Assembly (NCBI GenBank): GCA_032718475.1
Contig: JAUCBJ010000586.1
Location: forward strand, 43,857 to 107,856
Direction of reading: 5' to 3'
DNA: 64,000 nt
Source of the DNA: Nemertoderma westbladi
Lineage: Eukaryota; Animalia; Xenacoelomorpha
Of the stretch, positions 12,918 through 24,930 are shown one piece after another. The notes below the pieces were generated by a model that was given only the letters and a program-made list of their open reading frames with translations, was not told where the DNA came from and made no database searches. The position numbers and the translations under genes were made by a program. Position 1 is the stretch's first letter. Each line of letters begins with the position of its first letter.

Positions 12918-15125
12918 TCACTTCTTTGATCACTGCTATGTTCACTTCTTTGTTCACTGCAATGTCACTTCTTTGTTCACTGCTATGTTCACTTCTTTGT
13001 TCACTGCTATGTCACTTCTTTGTTCACTGCTATGTCACTTCTTTGTTCACTGCTATGTCACTTCTTTGTTCACTGCTATGTCACTTCTTTGTTCACTGCT
13101 ATGCCACTGCTATGTCACTTCTTTGTTCTCTGCTATGTTCAATTCTTTGTCACTGCTATGTCACTTCTTTGTTCACTGCTATGTCACTTCTTTGTTCACT
13201 GCTATGTCACTTCTTTGTTCACTGCTATGTCACTTCTTTGTTCACTGCTATGTCACTTCTTTGTTCTCTGCTATGTTCAATTCTTTGTCACTGCAATGTC
13301 ACGTCTTTGATCACTGCTATGTCTCTTCTTTGTTCACTGCTATGTCACATCTTTGTTCACTGCTATGTCACTTCTTTGTTCACTGCTATGTCACTTCTTT
13401 GTTCACTGCTATGTTCACTTCTTTGTTCACTGCTATGTTACTTCTTTGTTCACTGTTATGGTACTTCTTTGTTCACTGCCATGTCACTTTTATTTGTTCA
13501 CTGCCATGTCACTTATTTGTCCACTGCTATGTCACTTCTTTGTGCACTGCTATGTCACTTCTTTGTTCACTGCTATGTTCACTTCTTTGTTCACTGCTAT
13601 GTTACTTCTTTGTTCACTGCTATGTCACTTCTTTGTTCACTACTATGTCACTTCTTTGTTCACTGCTATGTCACTTCTTTGTTCACTGCTATGTCACTTC
13701 TTTGTTCACTGCTATGTCACTTCTTTGTTCACTGCTATGTCACTTCTTTGTTCACTACTATGTCACTTCTTTGTTCACTGCTATGTCACTTCTTTGTTCA
13801 CTGCTATGTCACTTCTTTGTTCACTGCTATGTCACTTCTTTGTTCACTGCTATGTCACTTCTTTGTTCACTGCTATGTTACTTCTTTGTTCACTGCTATG
13901 TTACTTCTTTGTTCACTGCTATGTCACTTCTTTGTTCACTACTATGTCACTTCTTTGTTCACTGCTATGTCACTTCTTTGTTCACTGCTATGTCACTTCT
14001 TTGTTCACTGCTATGTTACTTCTTTGTTCACTGCTATGTCACTTCTTTGTTCACTGCTATGTCACTTCTTTGTTCACTACTATGTCACTTCTTTGTTCAC
14101 TGCTATGTCACTTCTTTGTTCACTGCTATGTTACTTCTTTGTTCACTGCTATGTCACTTCTTTGTTCACTGCTATGTCACTTCTTTGTTCACTACTATGT
14201 CACTTCTTTGTTCACTGCTATGTCACTTCTTTGTTCACTGCTATGTCACTTCTTTGTTCACTGCTATGTCACTTCTTTGTTCACTGCTATGTTCACTTCT
14301 TTGTTCACTGCTATGTTACTTCTTTGTTCACTGCTATGTCACTTCTTTGTTCACTGCTATGTCACTTCTTTGTTCACTGCTATGTCACTTCTTTGTTCTC
14401 TGCTATGTTCAATTCTTTGTCACTGCAATGTCACTTTTTTGATCACTGCTATGTCTCATCTTTGTTCACTGCTATGTCACTTCTTTGTTCACTCCTATGT
14501 CACTTCTTTGTTCACTGCTATGTCACTTCTTTGTCCACTGCTATGTCACGTCTTTGTTCACTGCTATGTTACTTCTTTGTTCACTGCTATGTCGCTTCTT
14601 TGTTCACTGCTATGTCACTCCTTTGTTCACTGCTATGTCACATCTTTGTTCACTGCTATGTCACCTCTTTGTTCACTGCTATGTCACTTCTTTGTTCACT
14701 GCTATGTCACTTATTTGTTCACTGCTATGTCACTTCTTTGTTCACTGCTATGTCACTTCTTTGTTCTCTGCTATGTTCAATTCTTTGTCACTGCAATGTC
14801 ACTTTTTTGATCACTGCTATGTCTCATCGTTGTTCATTGCTATGTCACTTCTTTGTTCACTCCTATGTCACTTCTTTGTTCACTGCTATGTCACTTCTTT
14901 GTCCACTGCTATGTCACGTCTTTGTTCACTGCTATGTTACTTCTTTGTTCACTGCTATGTCACTTCTTTGTTCACTGCTATGTCACTCCTTTGTTCACTG
15001 CTATGTCACATCTTTGTTCACTGCTATGTCACTTCTTTGTTCACTGCTATGTCACTTCTTTGTTCACTGCTATGTCACTTATTTGTTCACTGCTACGTCA
15101 CTTCTTTCACTCAGTGTATGTCACA
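12918..15125. repeat. 23-bp satellite array (~95 units) with higher-order structure
   Basis: Unit tcacttctttgttcactgctatg; variant blocks recur at a 368-bp (16-unit) spacing. Confidence 0.97.
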
Positions 15126-15650
15126 TAATTAACCTTTCCAATTAACACATGCACCTAAAGGCTTTAAAACTTAGTCTATGTAATAAAATTGTAAAAAGTC
15201 GGTTTGAAAAAAGACACTTTAATAATTTTTTCCGAAACTTTTTCCACATCCTGGGGTTGAGCTGCGTCGATTGATATAACTTTCATTGACGGACGAGCTA
15301 TAGCTTTGCTGCTTCGGAGGAGTTCATATATGATATACACACATAGTGAATACTTTTACAGTTTATTTTTGTTCCACGAAAATATTAACGGGAAAGAAAT
15401 ATATTAATATTAATAATAATAATAATTAATAATATTATTAATAATATTAATATTACATATATTATATATAATATATAATAATATATTATAATATATTATA
15501 ATATATATATATAATATAATATTATTAGATATTAAGAATATAACATATGTAGTTTCTTCTCAAAACATTAAATCACATATCAATATAGTATAAAACTAAA
15601 GGTAATATTGTAATATAAGACACATTGAACATTGCGGTAGAGTATGCTAC

Positions 15651-15918
15651 GACAAAGGCTACTGACCGGGCCCATTGCTCAATTGACCGGACCCGTTGCC
15701 ATTTAAAGGAGTAGGTTAGTTAAGGAGCAGGTTACAGAGGCGTGTTGTGGGAACCAAAACAATAAACTAATGTTCCATGAACAGATGTTACAAGATTATG
15801 GGTCCGGGCATAAAGTTGAGGTAATAAGGGTCCGGTCAATAATACACAAGTAAAATATAAATCAAATATAATAAAGCTTCAATAAGGTATTTAGAGGGTC
15901 CGGTCAGTAGCCACTTCC
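15651..15918. mobile_element. Mutator-like (MULE) MITE
   Basis: Imperfect TIRs (ggctactgaccgg / ccggtcagtagcc) and a 9-bp TSD gtatgctac at 15642-15650 and 15919-15927. Confidence 0.75.
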
Positions 15919-16020
15919 GTATGCTACACGCTACAGTTAGTACTGTAATGCAGTAATGCAACCTGTAAGTTCAAAGTTAAGTACAGTATACAATATTTCA
16001 AGAGGCTCTAAAATGAGTTT

Positions 16021-16575
16021 CTACAATTTGTTGTCATCAGATAGGGCGTGTAGATCGTTAATAAGGTGAGTGGAATACGGGGTCAACCTGTACTGATAGA
16101 GGGCGTCAATAAAGCTAGTGTTCGATAAAATTCCAAAGAACGTGCAAATTCTATTTTTCGACTTCTCCGTTAGATGGCGTTTCACAAGTTCCAGGGTGCT
16201 ATTCTGCAATGACATCATCATGTTGCTAAGATACGCGGAATCATATGTGAATTCCACTTCGTAGAAACTCATTATCGTCATTACAAGCATTCGCAGCTGA
16301 CTTCGGATTTTCTCGAGTAAAATTTTCTCATTGGGATTGAAACAATCGTTGTGGTACAAAATCACTATCTTTATAATTGTTTTAATTAAATATTTCACGA
16401 CCTTTTCTGATTCGCGTTTGTTCTGTGTTTGCAGTTTAATCAACTTGTACAGATTATCGAAGAATTTGCTTGTAGCGCCGTCAACTACGGTTTTGAAAAG
16501 GCTTTTTGATGACAATTTCCCCAGCATTTTCTTTTGGACTCTCAAACCAAAACCAGACGAATTGAATGTATCCAT
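16021..16575 (-). CDS. TNFAIP8: TNFAIP8/TIPE-family protein, 184 aa (a short upstream exon is possible)
   Basis: DTFNSSGFGLRVQKKMLGKL, LYKLIK...KRESEKVVKYLIKTIIKI, MTIMSFYEVEFTYD and HLTEKSKNRI are diagnostic TIPE motifs. Confidence 0.93.
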   Translation of the reverse strand: MDTFNSSGFGLRVQKKMLGKLSSKSLFKTVVDGATSKFFDNLYKLIKLQTQNKRESEKVVKYLIKTIIKIVILYHNDCFNPNEKILLEKIRSQLRMLVMTIMSFYEVEFTYDSAYLSNMMMSLQNSTLELVKRHLTEKSKNRICTFFGILSNTSFIDALYQYRLTPYSTHLINDLHALSDDNKL

Positions 16576-17069
16576 CTCTACTAAATGTTATTTATATGCA
16601 GTTGGGCATATTATAACATAATATTAGCAATGTATAATATTACTGAAATTAGCAAGCATATTGTATAAATAATACAGTAGCAAGCAATGCGATATATAAA
16701 GGTGTACACAATTTTGTGATTTAGTTTCTTATACTGAAGCAAAGTAGGCCTATTTATATTCCGGAATCCGGAAGTCGGGAATATTTGGTATTACTGTGAT
16801 AGCTATCTCGATTTTTGGTATTCTTAAAATAATGGTTTTTATTCTAGACGTGTTCGTTATTATTTTCATAATAACTGACCCTAACATTTCGAAATTGCAT
16901 CTTTATTGGCAACAGAAGATAGCGCCGCTATTCGGCTATTATATATTTATTACTTTTGCTCAATCGGTTGGATTACTACCTACTTGTAGTGAGATTCAAC
17001 CATGTGCACGGTCACTAACTGATTTTAATGTACAGGTCATTCGAAGGAGAATGAATGGCATAACGAAGC

Positions 17070-17327
17070 ATGTGGCGATGCAAAAGTCCTACTAGACACT
17101 GTCGATCATGGAGGAATGAAACATGGTTTTCTGACTCATCAATTAAATTGCTTGTGAAGCAGATTTTATGGTTGAAGAACCGCCTGGGCGAGTTGCGATG
17201 GAGGGGTCTTAATAAAGATAATCCATTTCATGGATTAATACAACTAATCAAGAACAATTACGAGACCCAAGTAACGGAGATAGCTACATATCACAGTACT
17301 ACCGAATATTTTTCCAACAAATATTAA
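17070..17327 (+). pseudogene. Internally deleted Merlin (ISXO2-type) transposase relic
   Basis: MWRCKSPTRHCRSWRNETWFSDS matches MWRCKGPQRHQLSARNGTWFGAS, and NRLGELRWRGLNKDNPFHGLIQLIK matches NHLAEFRWRMLHKVSPFTDLIDLIK, of the element at 32454-33583; the DDE core is absent. Confidence 0.75.
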
Positions 17328-18029
17328 TTTAGCATGTTGTTAACTTAAAACAAACGAAGTTATAAATTTAAAATTTACAATATTGGATTGGCGATACAAT
17401 ATTAGGCCTACAATTGTAGGACTAAAGTAAAGTTCAGGATTAAGCACTAGTACTAGTGGGCCTACATTAAATCACAGTTAAGCCCAACTACAGAACAAAA
17501 CTAATAGGCCTACTGCTATGCTGATGCGCGAAGCCTTAGCATATGGTTGTAATTATGTGGGTTGTATGTTTGTCGGGTCATTTATCTTTGAAGAAATCCA
17601 TCTGTAGCTTAGTTCAATATATTTAAAAGGTGACCGCTAAGGGGCGGTATTAATTTTATCAATCAACCCTCATCATGTTGAGGATTGAAATATATGCAGC
17701 AAGTTGTCGCTAAATGGCGCTACACATTCTGTAAAATAAACATACTGTAATTTGAGTTTCGTTTCACATTAAGTTGCACTAAATTTGAAGGCTACACACA
17801 CAGGCACAGAGCCACAAAGTCATTGAGCCTTAGAATATAGTTTAGGACGGCCCAAATCGGCATTGCCCTCACAACTTGTGTTATTAGGTCAAGAGTATAG
17901 GCTAAGAATTACCTAAATTATACTGAAAGGTGCACTACAGATGAGTTTATTCGTTTTAATGTAGTAGCTTTACTATACTTACAGTACAGTAGGTCTACTG
18001 TACATACTATACACCAAGTCCCATTATAT

Positions 18030-18360
18030 ATACTGTAGTGTCGCTATTTCCCAACCAAATTCAAACATTTTTACATATTTGGAATCCTTGCACTGCCATC
18101 TTTCTTGTGCTACCAACAAATTTCTATAAAATTTAAGAATAACTGTAGTATAACTGGTGTAATATCGCTGGAGACACTTTTTTCAAACGCTTGTAGCTAA
18201 AGATTGAAAGCGAAAATAAAAATTATGGCTCACCCAGCAAGGAAGAGGAATATTAAACTAACTCCGTTTCAAATTTCATCAATCTCATTAATCAATTTCA
18301 TCAATCTCATTAATCAATTTCATCAATCTCATTAATCAATCTCATCAATCTCATTAAGAT
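18030..18360 (-). mobile_element. Partial copy of a dispersed MITE-like family (also at 50445-51130, 55290-55650, 58605-58760), ending in a 22-bp tandem repeat
   Basis: Shared tagctaaagattgaa..aaaatt..ggctcacccag core; aatttcatcaatctcattaatc repeated ~4 times at 18272-18357. Confidence 0.7.
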
Positions 18361-19529
18361 TAACTTTGTCCAAAATCCAACTAACTTTTTATAATAACAT
18401 ATTAAAATATAACAGATAAAACAAGGAGCAATTTTATTCATATCTTTACATTGAGAGCCTTTCTGGTGAAATGGCAGCATTCAATTGATGGGTTATATTA
18501 TAATATATTGAGACATTAAAATTACAGCGGGTATCGAGTGTTGAAAAACATCGATAATATCGCGAGTTCAAAAAATGTCGCGAGAAAATATATCGCTCGT
18601 TAAAATATTGCTAGTAAAATTAGCTATAATATTTGGAATAAAGCATTTGGCTAATACCATAGAAACTAAAATAAACAGGGATTTATTTAAAAAAATAACA
18701 TTTTTTATAGCGAAATTTTTTTTTAAAAACACCAGCTCGGCCCATCAACGAAAACACTAGCAACCTTCGAAAACACTAGCTACCATGAAAATACACTGCA
18801 TATTAATTAAGTTAAGGGCTACATTATAATGAGGATGGGTGCATCGCAAATTTAAAAAATAATTAAAAAATAAGTTAGCCCTAGGCCTACGTAGGCCATG
18901 GGCCTACTACTTATTTTAAACAGAACGTTGGATGATCAACTGGTATAATTTAATTCAAAAACAATATCTAATCCCTTCAGAAAAACAATAGATCAAAACA
19001 ATCAAATATGAATTGCTAATTGCACTGCCACCCATTTAAAAACAATATGCCCCTAATACTACAACTCTGACACAATAAATCATCTGAGAATTTAAACAGT
19101 TGACGTTACGTTTGAGCTGCAATAAGTGCCTTATTAAAAGGAGTTACTACTAAAGCAAACAACAGAAACTTGTGCATTAGTACAAACAGATACTGTGTAT
19201 GGTAGGATACATTATTGGTTATCGAGAAACCGTTAATTAATTATGTGAATGACCTTTATACCCGTTGATAGTGCACGACAAATATGGGCTACTAGTTCGA
19301 TGCAAATATTCAATCCAAATATACCACCCCACGTTAACAATTACTGTTCATATTGAGCAATTGCGCTTATTCCATATCAGTTAAGCCTCGAATCGTCGAA
19401 TTGTGCCAACTGAATCTGTGAACTGTGAATCGGTGCCACTCACTCACAATAATAAATCACCCAAAATCGCCCCGCGCCATTTATGATACACAGGGAATTA
19501 TGGGGCCTAGCGATAAAAACACACCCTGA

Positions 19530-20000
19530 ACTGTTGTGGTGTTCAAAAGGATGAAACACTCGGGCCATAAAGATTTGCGGTGCCAGAGCATCCCTTTATC
19601 CTTAGGATAAATGGGGAAGTACTTTACCTCGTCACGAATGTGTGGAACCGGTACTTTGACGATGGCACACTTTCTGGCACACCCACTGACCTAAGGCCCT
19701 TACACCCTGGAAGAAGAGGCCCTTATACGGCTTTCAACTAAACCTCTCAAAGCAAGACTTCATCTGCGAATCCAACCATGCCATTAAACCCTAACCCATT
19801 CACCATGACAGTTCTCACTCGGCACCTTAACGCTTCTCGATTCGTCAATTAGCTTTATGTTGCGAGAAAACTCTTTTGTCTCGGAGAAAAGGACATAATC
19901 GACAGCATATAAATACATGCCTGACATATACGGTTCTTCTTCCGTTGTAACCCCCAAAGTTCGTTTTCGCTTTAAGGTGCTGCCCAATCTACAAGGATTC
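19530..20000 (+). mobile_element. Highly decayed RT relic, probably CRE-like non-LTR retrotransposon
   Basis: Frameshifted motifs in the expected order: GVQKDETLGP (cf. GVQQGDPLGP), WNRYFDDGTL (cf. WYLDDGTL), GFQLNLSK. Confidence 0.55.
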
Positions 20001-21567
20001 AGAAATCAACATAACATTTCAATATGTCTGCCTATTGTAGGCCCTATCATAGGCCTATATCCTTCACCACACATCCACTCTTAGACCACCACTGAACCCA
20101 ACCATTGCAGTCTCTGGACCAATCAGCAAACGAACATCATTGGATCACCCTTCCGGGGCTCCCTCCCCCTTATCCCCGTAACTCACCTGAAACTATCAGA
20201 TGCCATTGAAATGAAACATCGCGATAATATATTGTCTTTTCTGCACACGATACTCGATCCGCTGCAGCGTCCACCATAACTGCCCCATTCGAGTAACTGA
20301 CCCAAACCATACGATGCGAAAGCCTTAATTATTAATGATATCCTTTGCAGTCAGGGCCAGTAAGGGCTTTCATAAAATATAATAGGCTGTCAGCCAAGGA
20401 TTTCCAGAACTTAGGCAGTTAGGTAAGTAACGGCTACGGCATTCCCTTCCCACCGTTATAGATCTTTAGATAAGAGGTGGGTCGACAAAACAAGATCAGG
20501 TTAAATGGTTGTCCACTTAATATTGGTGCGTTGCGCAATGCGCGTAACAATAAATAACCTTTCTTTGCAGGATATTCGGGTTTATTATCGGGGACAGGTC
20601 CGCCTGACGAACCATCTCCATGTGAAGTCTACCATGTATTCATCGGTAGGCTTATCCATCGTGTCTGCAGGGTAGTGCTTGGTTTAATAATTGAAACAAA
20701 CTATATTAATCAATTACAGTGTATTAAATTATATTAATTTCAAACAACTCTCAGCGGTATATCTTTATAAATCCAAATCGTATGACTAAATGACACACAA
20801 ATAAACACCTTACCGGTATATAATTATATCCCAGTAACATGTAACCGGTAACAAAACATCATCTCTAAGTGTTTCTCGTGACAGACCTAGCCAACCAGTG
20901 GGAAGTACAATGCATCAACAAGGTACAAATATAATATGTATTAATAATGATATCTAAGAGTTACTAAAATAAAGCATTTTGAGCGCGAGATTGCCAGCGA
21001 ACGAGTAATTGAATCGTTACTGACCGGGTGCGTTACGTTGCAGTTTCATAAACTCATTTATTAATTTCAAGAAATAAAATTTCAAAAAAATATATAAATT
21101 AGTGACAAGTTGATTTGAGACATTAAAACAAAAAAAATATAAAATGCGGCGGACAACAAATCGATGAGTTCGTGTGCTCTGCGCGTCGCATTGCTTAAAA
21201 ATAATATTCAAAATAAAATTATATTTAGTATTTATTCATAATTTCTTAATATTAATTTAATGTTTTGCATAAATTCAAAATTTTAGCAAAATTGAAAAAA
21301 AAATATACTATAAGCGAGTTGGGTTGGTTTATTAACACAAATAAAGTAAACTGGGATTCTAGGACCGTGGCCGAAATTGTATTGCTATCGTAGTGAAGAG
21401 AACTGAAAAAAATAAATAGTTATATGCGCGAAAATTAATTAAATGAGTCTAAATGAAAACAAGAGGGAGGGAACATTCTGACGTCACATTGTTGTTAAAC
21501 CTAAATAAAGTAGAATTCTAGAAACTAAACCGCCCTAAAACCGTCAACCACTGGAGTCCAACGACTG

Positions 21568-21851
21568 TTAAACACCGAGACGGTATTTGATGTAGAGAGC
21601 TTGGAACTTGTCGAATCCAGCTAGCACGCCGGCGCCGGCGACGCCTCGCAGGATGTTCGCGCCGGCCCCCTTCATCATCGACATCGCGCCTTCGTTCTTT
21701 ATGATCTGTACCGCGCAGTCCATGGACCCCTTGTACTTGACGGCCTGCCCCGAGGTCATCATCATTCGTCTTCTGATTGTATCGATTGGGTAGCTAATCA
21801 ATCCCGATGTTATAGTGACAACGTAACCCAGACAGAAACTCAGGAACACAC
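21568..21851 (-). CDS. Mitochondrial ADP/ATP carrier (SLC25), coding exon 2
   Basis: Acceptor ...tttattccccgaAG ending at 21852; [13 protein letters not shown] (AAC RRRMMM signature), GAGANILRG; TAA stop at 21570-21568. Confidence 0.93.
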
Positions 21852-22186
21852 CTTCGGGGAATAAATACGTTACTCTTCATAAATTGTGCTTTATTTCACG
21901 TCTACGGAGCGGTATAATTTAATTAATTACTTTAAATTACGATGTGATCATCAAAATTATAAATATGTTTAGTAAACATGTGTAACATATTCAAAAGAAC
22001 ACAATTATTTTTAGTATGACAAAATAATATAAAAGATTAATTTTTGTTATGGGGTTCGCAAGAATTGTTGCCAAAATTGTAGAATTATATACCGCCAGAA
22101 ATTGAAGAGCAAAACCGAAAGTCCTAAACTTGGTAAATAAATATTATATTCTTAAAAAATGTAATAAAATTCTAGTAAATAATCAC

Positions 22187-22820
22187 CTGCATTGTCTCCT
22201 AGAAGGATGGGTTTGAGAGTATCGTAGAAACCGAAGTAACAACCGCGGTACACTATGATGCCAACGCAAGAGATAACAAACCCGCGGTACAAGCCGGTGA
22301 AGCCGTCAGACTTGAAGGTCTTGGCGTAGACGTCAATGAGACCGTTAAATTGCCGCTCTCCGCCACCCTTGGCGCTGCCCTTGGCGTCATTAGCTAAACG
22401 GGTTCGCGCGTAATCCAAAGAATAAACGAAACACAAGGAAAGCGCCCCCGCCATTCCACCAGATGCGATGTTCTTACTGAAGTTTACCATGTAAGGATCG
22501 CTCTTCTTTTGCTTAAACATAATCTTGATTTTATCCTTAAACGCAAAGTTCAAAGCTTGTGTTGGGAAGTACCTCAGACAGTTAGCGAGATTCCCGCGCC
22601 AGAAGGGTAGGACACCCTCATTGCGGAAGGTACGCGCGGTGCAATCAATGACCCCCTTGTACGGCTCGGATAACCGACCCGCTTTGATCATTTCATCCTG
22701 ATTCTGGACGAGAAGTTTAACCCGTTCGATCGGCGCCGCTGCGGTTTTCGAGATGACAGCGGCGGCCCCGGAAAGGGCGAAGTTTTCGGCGAATCCTAAC
22801 TTTCGTTTTTTGTCAGCCAT
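22187..22820 (-). CDS. Mitochondrial ADP/ATP carrier (SLC25), coding exon 1; spliced product 305 aa
   Basis: [55 protein letters not shown]. Donor G|GTGATT at 22186; a phase-1 335-bp intron restores the frame (634+284=918 nt). Confidence 0.95.
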
Positions 22821-23725
22821 TGTCGTTATGGATTAAATAATATGGTTATAGTATGTTTATCGGTACCGGTACACCGGGTCGGGATAATAATTAGTTACCT
22901 AATTTCAGAAACTGGCTGTAAAGACTGCTGTAATAATAATGGTAATAGAATAGGCCTTCACGATCACCTCACACCCAGTACAGTACAGCTGTACAGCCGT
23001 AGCGTAGTGTCGTAACGTAATACCCCCCCCCCCCCCCCCCCCCCCCTAGCCACGCACATAAGATTATATATTGAGGTAGTGCAGAATGCGATTTTAGCTC
23101 ATTTGCTTCACCTCAATAATCAATCTTGCAATGTAATCTTGCACTCCCTTAATTTCTTGTCTAACAGTCTAGATGGTTGATGTACTGTCACTGTAATAAT
23201 TAATTATTAATGAGTTATTACTTAATTTAAAATAATTTATTAATATTCAGGTAGTATTATAATACCGGTAATATAAAATTGTACGGTACCGGTAATGTCC
23301 TTCTGTTAGTCTGTATGCAGTTTCGAATGGTCAATATTATTTGAATTCGTGTTACTTTAACTTTACCATACCAGCATACAGCCGTAGCAACTGATTGTTT
23401 GTTATGATGGCTGGATGGGTGACATTGCAAAAAGAATGCACTGACCCCCACGCCCCACTATATCGACGGGTTTCCTCTGTACCCTAATAACATATTTTAT
23501 TTGTTGTATCGGTCTGCCCGTACCGGCAGACCGAGAACAAGAGACAGCCTTTAACAGATCTGCCACAGCCAATAGGAAAACAGTAATTAATCATCCAATC
23601 GTAGCTCCCTCAGAATGCACTTCCACTATAGGCATATTGCATTGGTGTATTATTGTATTTGTATGTTTGTTTGTATTATTATATACAATATATATTACAG
23701 CATTATAGTTATATTGCTATAGGTA

Positions 23726-24930
23726 CCGTAATTCGGGGTGACTTGATACAGTTTTTGCCTTTAACTGTGAATATCTTCTGAAGTTTTTATCCTACACAGA
23801 TGGAATAAAAATAAAATTTTATAGTCGGGATGAGTACTACAGTACTACACCACTAGACTAAAGCACTATTTCAGGTGCTTAGTCTAGTGGTGTTTTTTTC
23901 GTAAAAACCAGCTGTATCAAGTCACCCCACATACGGGGTGACTTGATACACAAGCAAATTTTCCGCAATAATACCACTCTGTGAATGAGTTTGGATCATG
24001 TTGTAGGCTGTGGGGGTGACTTGATACATCTTGGAAATTTTAAAAAAAGAACGAAGTCCCCACCTAACGGGGATATAAAATTATGGCTAAAATTAAAAAT
24101 AACTCCATTTTTTATGGCAAAATATTTCATATTTAACAAGTTAAATTGCACTTTAAAAACGAAAAAGACCTTCATTGTATAGTGACATCCTGACACCAGT
24201 AAGTAAGACAAAACATTTTAGAAAAAACTGGAAACTAAAACAATGAATTTAAGCACAAATTTTGCAAATTTAAGGTTTAAGTAAAGATAAAATACTTTAG
24301 AAAATTTAACATATAACAATATTTAACAAGTTAAATTGAAGTTTAAAAACGAAAAAGACTTTCATTGCATTGTGACATCCTGACACCAGTAAATAAGACA
24401 AAACATTTTAGAAAAAACTGCAAACTAAATCAATGAATTTAAGCACAAATTTTGCAAAATCAACGTTTTAAGTCACAGGTATCAGAACATTTTCGCCTAC
24501 ATTATACCATATATATGTATCAAGTCACCCCATTTTGAGACACACTTTCAAAAAACGGGCACTCCACCCCCAATTCATATGAAAATTTGTAATTTTTTTT
24601 AGGATCATAATATTCAAACTCATCTATTAGCATCTGTAAAAATAATTTTTGAACAACATTAACCCAAAGTGTCAAAAATTCGACCTATATTTTGACTTTG
24701 AAAAAAGTGAATTTTTGAACAATGCATTCTTGGCTCTAGTGATCACAAATGCGAAGCAATGACAAAATTTATTTTACTATTTGATAGACAATTTATTCAG
24801 ACATCTTCTAATATTTCAATTTTTATCATAACATCACGCAATCACCCACACTGCCACAATCCGTTATAGAAAAAAAGTATAACTTGCTGTATCAAGTCAC
24901 CTCAATGAATCAAGTCACCCCGAATTACGG
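23726..24930. mobile_element. Non-autonomous Tc1/mariner-pogo-type element
   Basis: TIRs ccgtaattcggggtgacttgat / atcaagtcaccccgaattacgg with TA TSD at 23724-25 and 24931-32. Internal ggggtgacttgatac repeats, a hairpin at ~23848-23893 and a ~190-bp internal duplication. Confidence 0.9.

Noticed and set aside
12926-15145. Long ORFs (up to 739 aa) rich in Cys/His/Leu/Phe
   Set aside because: Artefact of a stop-free 23-bp satellite; the same peptide cycles through all three frames.
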